A stretch of DNA of 64,000 nucleotides from Thermoplasmata archaeon. GTDB taxonomy: Archaea > Thermoplasmatota > Thermoplasmata > Lutacidiplasmatales > UBA184. The notes below the pieces were generated by a model. The model ran no database searches. It was given only the letters and a program-made list of their open reading frames with translations, and was not told where the DNA came from. The stretch covers positions 17,350 through 81,349 of the forward strand of contig JAGWLG010000010.1 of the NCBI GenBank assembly GCA_028864975.1, in the 5' to 3' direction. The position numbers were made by a program, and so were the translations under genes. Within the stretch, counting starts at the first letter, position 1; the number at the start of each line of letters is the position of its first letter. This document shows positions 56,620 through 64,000 of this stretch, piece after piece.

Positions 56620-56859
56620 ATGACCGTCGTTCGGATCGTCCTTTCCCAAGCGGAGTACGAGCTCCTCCGGCGCAGATCCAAGACCGAAGGGCGCTCCAAG
56701 CAAGAGATAGTACGCGAGGCGCTACGAGCCTATCTGCTTCCCGACCGCTTCGTTCCCGATGACCCGCTCTTCAAGGCGTTCCCCCGGGCACGAGGGCGGC
56801 GGGGCACCGACCGCACCTCCGAGCGCGTGGATGATGTCGTCTACGGGAGCAGGCGGTAA
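56620..56859 (+). CDS. Ribbon-helix-helix (CopG/VapB-like) antitoxin, paralog of 55460-55711
   Basis: REALRAYLLPDRFVPDDPLF versus REALHTYLFPDRFVPSDPLF. SERVDDVVYG tail. Confidence 0.82.
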   Translation: MTVVRIVLSQAEYELLRRRSKTEGRSKQEIVREALRAYLLPDRFVPDDPLFKAFPRARGRRGTDRTSERVDDVVYGSRR

Positions 56860-56927
56860 TCCTCGTCGACCCATCTTCGGCGCGCGCGACGTCTTCAAGC
56901 CACCGACCCGCTCGCCGCAGCCCATGA
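56856..56927 (+). pseudogene. Degenerate VapC/PIN N-terminal remnant
   Basis: The frame overlapping the antitoxin stop reads (GTA)VILVDPSS, consistent with a lost GTG start and a decayed ILVDTS motif. Confidence 0.45.
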
Positions 56928-57355
56928 TCGACGAGGAGGACCTCGCCTCCACGGTGCTGACCTTCCTCGGCGCCAGTTTCGGTTACGAGCGGACGGTCCC
57001 GATCGAGGGCACGTCGTTCCTCCTCTTCACACGCCGTGAGACCGAGAGCGAAGCAAAGTTCCGACCCAAGACGGTGCGGAGGTGGGTCCTCCTTCCGCAG
57101 GAGTGGGTCTTCACCGACCGGAACCAGGAGGTCCTGGTCCTCGGCAAGGACGGTAAACGACCAAAGGGCGGCGGGCTCGTCGCCCTTCAGAGCTCGGACG
57201 GAACACGTCCCCCGGCCGAGTTCCAAGAGCAGGGGATCGACTTTGTCACCCGCAAGTTCCCGGGGGACCTCGAGCTCTACCTCGTGAGGTCCTTAATCGG
57301 GGCCTTGCTCACGACGAAGGGACTCGAGTCCCTAGGCCTTCCCGCCCCGCTTTGA
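56924..57355 (+). CDS. Hypothetical protein
   Basis: 143-aa ORF from MIDEEDL with globular composition and host-like codon usage. Confidence 0.65.
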   Translation: MIDEEDLASTVLTFLGASFGYERTVPIEGTSFLLFTRRETESEAKFRPKTVRRWVLLPQEWVFTDRNQEVLVLGKDGKRPKGGGLVALQSSDGTRPPAEFQEQGIDFVTRKFPGDLELYLVRSLIGALLTTKGLESLGLPAPL

Positions 57356-57364
57356 CGTCGGCCG

Positions 57365-57538
57365 CTAGATCGGCAGACGCCGCCGTCGGAGCTCCGGGAA
57401 CAGGATGTACGATTGGCCATTGATGGCTAGGAGCGTGCGACCGGCCTCCGCGAAGGCCCGGTCCGCCAGCCCCTGCCAGTCCTTTTCTTTCCTTCGTGGC
57501 CACCGGAGGGCCCGGAGGTCGAGCTTCATCGAGGCCAT
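57365..57538 (-). CDS. 57-aa hypothetical protein
   Basis: Manual translation MASMKLDLRALRWPRRKEKDW...YILFPELRRRRLPI. Starts 6 nt after the upstream stop and is below the ORF-track cutoff. Confidence 0.45.
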   Translation of the reverse strand: MASMKLDLRALRWPRRKEKDWQGLADRAFAEAGRTLLAINGQSYILFPELRRRRLPI

Positions 57539-57544
57539 CGTTTC

Positions 57545-57784
57545 TCACTCCTCGTCGCCGTCCGCGCCTTCGTCCCCGACCTCGGAGGGGTGCACCGGAA
57601 CTGGGGGGCGGGGTGGCACGAACGGTAGACCCGGTCGTTTTTCGCTGGCATCGACCAGGACCCGGTCCTTCGCCTTCCTCGCGAGGACCCCTCCACTCTC
57701 CACTTTGGGAGCCAAGGTCGCAGACGCGCTCTGCTTCCGCCGGGACCATTCCTCGTAGTCGACCACCTTCACGGCCGCCATCAT
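57545..57784 (-). CDS. 79-aa hypothetical protein with acidic tail
   Basis: MMAAVKVVDYEEW..., preceded by a GAAGGTGGGAG SD-like sequence. Confidence 0.5.
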   Translation of the reverse strand: MMAAVKVVDYEEWSRRKQSASATLAPKVESGGVLARKAKDRVLVDASEKRPGLPFVPPRPPVPVHPSEVGDEGADGDEE

Positions 57785-57976
57785 TCTCCCACCTTCTTTC
57801 CCGCCCTCTTCGGGGCTTGTGAATGCGTATCCGCCCGCGTACCGTATGAACTCCGGGACAATCGCTCGGGCTTCGTCTTGGACACCGCGGCACACCGTGA
57901 CGTGGGGCTCCGCGAAGGGCCTTCCCTCAAGGACAGCACCGAAAGGTGCATGAGCTCCTCGCGGTGATTCCCCCCG

Positions 57977-58294
57977 ATGCCGCTGCTCTTCCCGGACACC
58001 GCCGTGAGCCACGACACGATGGTCCAGCTCTACCAGGAGTTCGTCAAGGAGCTCGAAGGGGAGCAGAAGATCCTGCTCGCTCCCCCGGTGGAGGTTTCCG
58101 ACCCGCTTCGCTTGCAGACGGCGAGGGAGCTCCTCGACGACGCCCTCCACGCCGTCCGCCACGCGGACCCCGCGAAGATGTCGCGGGAGGAGCTCCGCGC
58201 GTGGGTGAACCTACAATACGACCTGAGCAAGGTCGCGGTCGAGTACCTCAAGACGTGCCTCGCGATGCCGTCGGTCCCGAAGAAGAGGAGCTAG
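57977..58294 (+). CDS. Hypothetical helical protein
   Basis: 105 aa, GGTGA SD upstream, strong GC3 codon pattern. Confidence 0.7.
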   Translation: MPLLFPDTAVSHDTMVQLYQEFVKELEGEQKILLAPPVEVSDPLRLQTARELLDDALHAVRHADPAKMSREELRAWVNLQYDLSKVAVEYLKTCLAMPSVPKKRS

Positions 58295-61200
58295 GGCGAG
58301 GGCTCCCCTCTCCTCGACCATACGGCAACCGGGCCGCAGCAAGCACACCGCAGCGTTCGTACATCTGCCACGCCTCGGACCGATGGGCCGATGCGTCCTC
58401 GACCCGGCCCTCCCTCTCCTCCCAATCGGCCTGGACCGCCCGTACGTTCGCGGCCTCGACCAGGTTCCCATCTCCCCGGGCCATCACGTACGCCTCCTCC
58501 AGCCTGGACCAGCCCACCCCCGGAGCTCCGGTCGCCAAGGCCAGCTCCCCGCGAACGCGGAGCAACGTGGGGACGATCATGCGCTGGAGGACCTTCTGGA
58601 CGGCCGCGACCCGTTGGAGCTCCTCCTCCGAGCGTGCGGTCAGCCCCAGGGAGAGCGACGCTTCGGCCATGGCGAGGTCGCAGGCCGCCTCCATCTCGCG
58701 ATGCCCGATCCTCCGGTAGCCGTCGCGGGCCCGTACAAGGACCTCGTGCGCCTGAGCGGGCCTTCCCTGACGAAGGCGAAGGTCGCCCTCGACCCTCGGG
58801 ACCCCCACATCGCCTTGCGGCAGTCCGAAGCGCTGGGCGAGCCGCCGGGCCTCGCTCAGGGCCACCTCCGCCGCGCCGAACTCCCCCCGTCGGGCGCAGG
58901 TCGACGCGAGGTTGAGCGCATCCAGGACGGCGCCGGAGACATGCCCGATCTGACGGTCGATGACGAGGGTCCGCTCGAACGCGCTCTGACATGCCGCGAG
59001 GTCGCCCGAGATCTCGGCCAGGGCCCCCTCCAGCACGAGGCAGTAGGTCTCGAGGCGAGGAGAGCCCAAACGTCGCGAAACGGACCAGACGTCCTCGAGG
59101 ACCTTGCGAGCGTCCTCGATCCTACCGAGCTCCTTGAGCGCCCAACCGGAATTGTAGAGCGCCATCAACCGTGCCCCCGCCAGCTCCTCCTCCATCCTCG
59201 CGTCCGCGATTCTGCGAAGGCTCTCCTGGGAGAGTTCGAGCGCTCGGGCGTAGTTCCCGGAGCGCTGGAGGGCGGTGACCCTCTGATTGACCGCGCTCGT
59301 CCAGACCTTGAGGGGGACCTTGTCCCCGTTCCGCGCGATCTCCTCCTCGAACTTCTCCAACCGCTCTCGGGCGGCGGGAGGGTCGAAAGGACGCAGGAGG
59401 GTGATCATCGCCGACTCGAGATACCACGACGCGGGGGGGTCGGCGCCGAGACGCTCGAGGCTCTGGGCCATGCGCAGGGCCTGGGGGGTCGACCCCTGGT
59501 CCGCCAGCATCGCGGAGATGGCGCGGAGCCCCTCCTCCACCCGGGGCTGGGAGCTGTCCCCACGAAGGGCGAGAAGCTCCTGGAGCCATCCATGGAAGCG
59601 TTCGGCCCCCTCCGCATGATGGGCGCGGATCGCCTGGTCGATGGCCCGTCGTGCCCAAGGCAACCCCTCCGAGGGCTCTCGTGCCTCGTACCAAAGCCGA
59701 GCGACCTCGTCCACGCGGTCCGGTCGGTGCGTGGCCCACCACTCCGCGAGGGTGCGAGAGAGGGCCTTTCGACGCCCGTCGGGGGTGGAGGCAACCGCGC
59801 ACTCCCAGAGCAGCGGGTGGGTGAATCGCCAACGGTCCTCCTCTTCTTCGAACGCAAAGAGCCTCGAAGAGCTTCCCAGGCGCTGGAGCTCCTGTGTCAG
59901 GGTCTCCCGTTCCATCCCGAGGACGCTCGCAAGGGGAGGAAGTTCGAAGCGGCTTCCGACGAGGGCGGCCACTTCGACCAGCGCGCGGTCGGGGTCGCTG
60001 AGCCCTTCGAGCTGCCGCGTCAGCATCCGGCGCAGCGATTCCGGGATCTCGTGCGCGGCCGCTTCCGGCGATGGAACTTGGATCTTGCCATCCACACGAG
60101 GGAACCGACCGGACGCGAGCCCCGCCCGGACCGCCTCGGTCAGGAAGTACGGGTTCCCTCCCGTCCGTTCTCGTAAGGCACGGAGACCCTCCTCCGAGGC
60201 CTCCCGGGCGACGGGCGACCCCGACACGGATCCGACCAGGCGCTCGACCTCGGGCTCCGTCAGTCCCTGCAGGTCGATCCGCCGAGCGAGCCGGTCCTCC
60301 TGCATCTTCGCGAGGACCTCGGCCAGCACGGTCCCTGGCTGGACCCCCTCTCCTCGACCTTCGGTTCGAAGGCTCGCCACGATGAGGACGCGCAGCGAGA
60401 TCGCGTTCCGTGCGAGAAAATGGAAGGTCCGCAGCGAAGGCTCGTCGGTCCACTGCAGGTCGTCCAGGAGCAGGAGCTGGGGGGAGGCCCGTTGTCGGCG
60501 CTCGAGCTCATCGAGGTAGGCGAGCATCCTTTCACTAGGCGGAGCAGAGCGGTCGGGGCCACGTTCCTCCTCACCGGTCAAGGGAACGACCTCGCCTTCC
60601 GCCTGGAGGAGGCTCATCTGCCGCGGCTCGAGCGTCTTGGGGTTCAGGACCAGAATGATCGAACCGCCGTTCCGGAGCGCCTCGTCCCGCACCGCCTGGA
60701 CGAACTTCAGCACCGGCACGAACCCGTTGTAGCTTACGAGATAGTCCAGGGCAGCGAGGACGACGGCCTCTCCCCGGCGGTCTCGCAAATGCGAGAGGAC
60801 CCGGTCGGCGACGATGTCCAGGAGCTCGGGCGCCAGGTGGGCGTCGGAAGCGGCGCGGCTCAGAAGGACCTTCGTCCCGCCGTCCTGAAGAGGAAGCGCA
60901 AAGGCGCGGTCGGGGAGCGAGCCTGCCCGGGCAAGGAGGAGCGGGTGCCGCCCCTTGACCGAGTCCGCGAGCTCCTTCCAGAACCGTTCCTCCGCGGCGC
61001 CCCGGACCAGGAGGAGCGGTGGTGGCTCCCTTTCGCCCAATCGACGGACGACGGCCGCCGCGGCATTCCCCTCGCGAGGTCGCAGGAGCTGTTCGAAGGC
61101 GAAGAAGGGAGAGGCGGCTTCGCGCACCCCGTAGCCCCAGGAGGTTTCGAACCCCCCCCTTCGGGCTGTCGACTCGAGCCATCTCATCAGCTGGGTCTTG

Positions 61201-61328
61201 CCCATCCCCACCGTGGCCGAGACCACCCACGCCCCTCCCGCGCCGGTCCGTGCGTGTTCGAGCGCGTCCGAGAGCTGCTCCTGTTCAGTCGAGCGCCCCA
61301 CGATGGGGAGCTCGATGGACGAGGTCAT
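58248..61328 (-). CDS. STAND-class ATPase with inserted DUF835 domain and TPR repeats (paralog of 7450-10491)
   Basis: Walker A variant ATVGMGKT, SPFFAFEQ, DUF835-like LDYLVSYNGFVPVLKFVQAVRD...LNPKTLEPRQMSLL, Walker B LLLLDDLQWTD, GGNPYFL, FTHPLLWE. Confidence 0.88.
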   Translation of the reverse strand: MTSSIELPIVGRSTEQEQLSDALEHARTGAGGAWVVSATVGMGKTQLMRWLESTARRGGFETSWGYGVREAASPFFAFEQLLRPREGNAAAAVVRRLGEREPPPLLLVRGAAEERFWKELADSVKGRHPLLLARAGSLPDRAFALPLQDGGTKVLLSRAASDAHLAPELLDIVADRVLSHLRDRRGEAVVLAALDYLVSYNGFVPVLKFVQAVRDEALRNGGSIILVLNPKTLEPRQMSLLQAEGEVVPLTGEEERGPDRSAPPSERMLAYLDELERRQRASPQLLLLDDLQWTDEPSLRTFHFLARNAISLRVLIVASLRTEGRGEGVQPGTVLAEVLAKMQEDRLARRIDLQGLTEPEVERLVGSVSGSPVAREASEEGLRALRERTGGNPYFLTEAVRAGLASGRFPRVDGKIQVPSPEAAAHEIPESLRRMLTRQLEGLSDPDRALVEVAALVGSRFELPPLASVLGMERETLTQELQRLGSSSRLFAFEEEEDRWRFTHPLLWECAVASTPDGRRKALSRTLAEWWATHRPDRVDEVARLWYEAREPSEGLPWARRAIDQAIRAHHAEGAERFHGWLQELLALRGDSSQPRVEEGLRAISAMLADQGSTPQALRMAQSLERLGADPPASWYLESAMITLLRPFDPPAARERLEKFEEEIARNGDKVPLKVWTSAVNQRVTALQRSGNYARALELSQESLRRIADARMEEELAGARLMALYNSGWALKELGRIEDARKVLEDVWSVSRRLGSPRLETYCLVLEGALAEISGDLAACQSAFERTLVIDRQIGHVSGAVLDALNLASTCARRGEFGAAEVALSEARRLAQRFGLPQGDVGVPRVEGDLRLRQGRPAQAHEVLVRARDGYRRIGHREMEAACDLAMAEASLSLGLTARSEEELQRVAAVQKVLQRMIVPTLLRVRGELALATGAPGVGWSRLEEAYVMARGDGNLVEAANVRAVQADWEEREGRVEDASAHRSEAWQMYERCGVLAAARLPYGRGEGSPRPSSSSSGPTASRGTS

Positions 61329-61446
61329 GCTCGAAGAGCGTGCTACCACCGTCGGTTCACCTCCCCGGAGGAGATCCGCCTCGAAAGCGCCGGTTCGTCA
61401 AGACCCCCGGATTGCCCGCCCATCGCTCAGTTCGCTCTCCCCCCGC

Positions 61447-62052
61447 TCAACATGAGAGCGATGGCGGCGCGTCCACCACGACCTCCCCGAAGGTGAAGCC
61501 GGACCCGCCGTAGCCGGGCGCGGTGGCGTTGACAAGGAGGATTCCGCCGGCGGGATATCCGGGACGGATCGACCCGTGCAGCCAGGTGAAGTGGGCGACT
61601 CCTCCCGTGTCGGTCGCGGCGGAAGCGGCCGGGGATGCATGGAAGCTCTCGATCCCCTGGTCGATGGTGAGGGAAGCCATCGCCCCCGGGACGGGGGATC
61701 CGTCCGAGCCCAGTACGCGTACATCCACCGCGTCAGTCCCCGTGGGGGAGTCGACCACGAAGGTGCAGTTGTGCGGTACGCTCATGGAGGGCAAGGGTAC
61801 GAAGGAGCCATCGGTAGAATTCACGATCGCGCCCCCGGTCCCTGCAACGTCGACGGTGATCGTCGAGATCGCTTTGCCAGAACTCCCCTTCGGGGCACCG
61901 GCGGGATGGCTCTCGAAGTAGAGATAAGTCCCTCCGATCGCCAAGGCCGCGATCAGGATCGCGGCGATCGCGAGGCCGCGGAGCGCACGTTGTTCCCCGC
62001 GGCGACCCTCCCCCCGCCGTGCAGGCCTCGGGTCATCCGGAGACTCGGTCAT
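61447..62052 (-). CDS. Membrane-anchored protein with Ig-like extracellular domain
   Basis: N-terminal TM and VRVLGSDGSPVPGA...ATDTGGVAHF Ig/Big-1-like pattern. Confidence 0.68.
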   Translation of the reverse strand: MTESPDDPRPARRGEGRRGEQRALRGLAIAAILIAALAIGGTYLYFESHPAGAPKGSSGKAISTITVDVAGTGGAIVNSTDGSFVPLPSMSVPHNCTFVVDSPTGTDAVDVRVLGSDGSPVPGAMASLTIDQGIESFHASPAASAATDTGGVAHFTWLHGSIRPGYPAGGILLVNATAPGYGGSGFTFGEVVVDAPPSLSC

Positions 62053-62148
62053 CCGCTCCGCGGGCCACGCGCCGCTCGACCCGGTAGGGAGCGCGGTTCT
62101 TCAATCCACGCTGTGAGCGGACGGGGGAGACTCTCGGTACTCTCCCCA

Positions 62149-63294
62149 TCAAAGGATGCCCATCTCGGTGAGCTTCTCCGGCAGGTAGGTCTGGGTCACG
62201 TAGTTGAGCCCGTACTTGGCGAGGGACTGCTGCTCCGCTTTCTTCCCGTTCTTGAGCATGAGCTCGATCTCGCTCTTCCAGAGGTCCTCGTTGAACCGGG
62301 GGTCCGTGAGCTCCGCCTTCAGGGCCTGGATGTCGCGGTCGGTCAACTTGTCGCTCGGGAGCTTGTAGTTCTCGATGTCGGAGGCCGTGACCCCCAGGAA
62401 CTGCGCGCCGGGGGTCGCGAGGTAGTGGGAGATGTGCGCCGTCTTGATCGCCCCGTACGCCACGGACGCGAAGATGCGGAAGGACCACGGGTCCCCATCG
62501 GTGAACACCACGACGGGGAGCTTCAGCTCCTCGTTCAAGCGCTTCAAGAACCGACGTGTCGAGCGCGCCGGCTGTCCCTTCAGGTGGACGAGGAGGGCAT
62601 CGTTGGACTCGTCGAACCCGTTCTCGGCCAGCCGGTCGACCATGCCCCCGCACTCGATCGCAAGGACGAACTTCGCCCCGTGGTCGACGAAGCTGATCTT
62701 CTCCTTCTCGACGTTGGCGGGCAGCTGGTAGCCACCGTCGCCCACGTCGTCACGGCAATTGATCTTCTTCTTCTGGCCCTTGCGGTTGATCTCAGTGATC
62801 GTAAGGTCCCCGATGACGGAGGCGCCGTTCTCCTCCGGGCGCAGCCGGAAGTCCTCTCGCATCCGCTCGCACATGACCTCCAGGTCCTCGACCAGGAGGT
62901 TCGACTCGTTCTCGCTGTGGAACTTCGCCTCCTCCCACTGCTCGCTGATGTAGTAGAGCTCCCTCAACGTCGAGTGCTTGTTCTCCCGGGCCATGTCCTC
63001 GATGAAGTCGACGAGCCAGAAGGTCCGTAGGAGCATCAGCGCCCCGTCGAGCTTCCTCGCCGAGCGCACGCCGCTCTGACTCCCGAGCCGCCATACCCCA
63101 TCACGCGCGCTGAACGCGATGTTCTGCTTCGTCCGGAGCGGGAGCTTCATCCGGGGAATGTCCCCCTTGTCGAGCTGGGTGTAGATCTGCTGGGCCAAGT
63201 CCAGCGTCGGCTGGAGGACCCGCTTGTCGGTCGAGGGCAGGGGCCCTCGATGCTCACTCTTCGTCGCTGACGGACTCTTTCCCTTCGGCGGCAT
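62149..63294 (-). CDS. top6A: DNA topoisomerase VI subunit A
   Basis: STLRELYY (catalytic Tyr), KGQPARSTRRF, FTDGDPW (toprim), KAEQQSL. Confidence 0.97.
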   Translation of the reverse strand: MPPKGKSPSATKSEHRGPLPSTDKRVLQPTLDLAQQIYTQLDKGDIPRMKLPLRTKQNIAFSARDGVWRLGSQSGVRSARKLDGALMLLRTFWLVDFIEDMARENKHSTLRELYYISEQWEEAKFHSENESNLLVEDLEVMCERMREDFRLRPEENGASVIGDLTITEINRKGQKKKINCRDDVGDGGYQLPANVEKEKISFVDHGAKFVLAIECGGMVDRLAENGFDESNDALLVHLKGQPARSTRRFLKRLNEELKLPVVVFTDGDPWSFRIFASVAYGAIKTAHISHYLATPGAQFLGVTASDIENYKLPSDKLTDRDIQALKAELTDPRFNEDLWKSEIELMLKNGKKAEQQSLAKYGLNYVTQTYLPEKLTEMGIL

Positions 63295-64000
63295 CGTAGT
63301 CCACCTCCTCTTCTCCTTCGGCGGGCGTCGGTCGGGCCGCGGCGATCTGCGCGTCCTCGGCGGCCTCGACCAGCGCGGCCGGGAGCCTCACGTCCCAGTC
63401 ACCCGGCAGCGGGTCGGCCCCCAGTAGGTGCGCCTCATCGACCCCTGCGACGTAGATATCGACGTCGTCGGGCTCGAGCTCCTCGCCCGTGGGCCACGTG
63501 AGGGTGTAGGTCGCCTTGGCGTTGGGCGCGAGCTTCAGGAGCGGGAAGGTGACGCGTCCCAGATCGGGGCTCACGGTCTCGGGCTTCGGTTCGCTCGTGA
63601 AGCCTTCCTTCGTCGCCTCGAGCGGGAGCTCCAGGAAGAGCTCGATCGGTCGATTACGGGCCGTGTAGTTCGTCAGGATGATGGTGGTCTTGGGGGAAGC
63701 CTTGGTGGGGTCCTCCCCCGTTCCCTTTACCTCGACGGCCACGACGTCCATGATCCGCGTGATCACCCGGGTAAGGTCCGGGACCGGCTTCTGTACGATC
63801 CCGCTCGCCTTCTCCGCCATCTTGGGGAGGATCTTCTGGATGATCGTGAACTTCTCCATGGCCTGGTCGCGCCGCGTGCGGCGTGAGAGGTGGAGCTTCA
63901 TGTTCCGGGCGGCGGCCTGGACCGCGAGTTCGATCTCCCGCGTGAGGTCCTCGGTCTGGGCGACGGCCTCCTTTGCCTCGGAGGTGAACGGCACCTTGGT
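63254..64000 (-). CDS. top6B: DNA topoisomerase VI subunit B, C-terminal part (runs off the window)
   Basis: KVPFTSEAKEAVA transducer motif, directly upstream of top6A. Confidence 0.92.
   Translation of the reverse strand, partial: TKVPFTSEAKEAVAQTEDLTREIELAVQAAARNMKLHLSRRTRRDQAMEKFTIIQKILPKMAEKASGIVQKPVPDLTRVITRIMDVVAVEVKGTGEDPTKASPKTTIILTNYTARNRPIELFLELPLEATKEGFTSEPKPETVSPDLGRVTFPLLKLAPNAKATYTLTWPTGEELEPDDVDIYVAGVDEAHLLGADPLPGDWDVRLPAALVEAAEDAQIAAARPTPAEGEEEVDYDAAEGKESVSDEE

Noticed and set aside
1-64000. Many long Arg/Pro/Gly-rich ORFs in the track (e.g. 6093-8297, 12575-14152, 19087-21432, 22501-24513, 25087-27093, 33648-35780)
   Set aside because: Shadow or antisense frames of real genes in high-GC DNA, with no recognisable motifs.
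1-64000. CRISPR arrays, tRNA/rRNA genes, transposases or integrases
   Set aside because: No regularly spaced repeats, cloverleaf/T-loop signatures in intergenic DNA or recombinase motifs were found by eye. A covariance-model scan would be needed to exclude small RNAs.

Overview
High-GC archaeal chromosomal segment, most likely Thermoplasmata (inferred from topoisomerase VI A/B, RaSEA, CTP-dependent riboflavin kinase, Sm-like protein, eL41, Gram-positive-type DnaK, DUF835 and many PKD/zinc-ribbon surface proteins). Housekeeping genes include hisS, nadE, Sm-ribK-RaSEA, trx/hsp20/dnaK, a dapA-dapB-lysC-lysA-dapL lysine operon, rpl41e and top6B/top6A. Accessory content includes a probable osmotic-stress operon (GT4-MscS-small protein-HAD-RCK-NhaP-Usp), an ABC-2 exporter and a ~17 kb cell-surface/zinc-ribbon cluster. 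The most notable observations are: (1) a conserved 20-32 bp motif upstream of three surface-protein transcription units that flank a small membrane protein plus double winged-helix regulator, a candidate undescribed envelope regulon; (2) two paralogous STAND ATPase-TPR proteins with a KaiC-like DUF835 domain inserted between Walker A and Walker B; (3) two paralogous RHH antitoxins whose VapC toxins have each decayed to a short stub; (4) tandem Lrp/LysM-like boxes in front of the DAP operon; (5) an archaeal CDIN1/C15orf41-like nuclease. No rRNA, tRNA, CRISPR array or transposase was seen. All family calls come from motif recognition by eye, not database searches. Many start codons were moved from the ORF track to more plausible positions.
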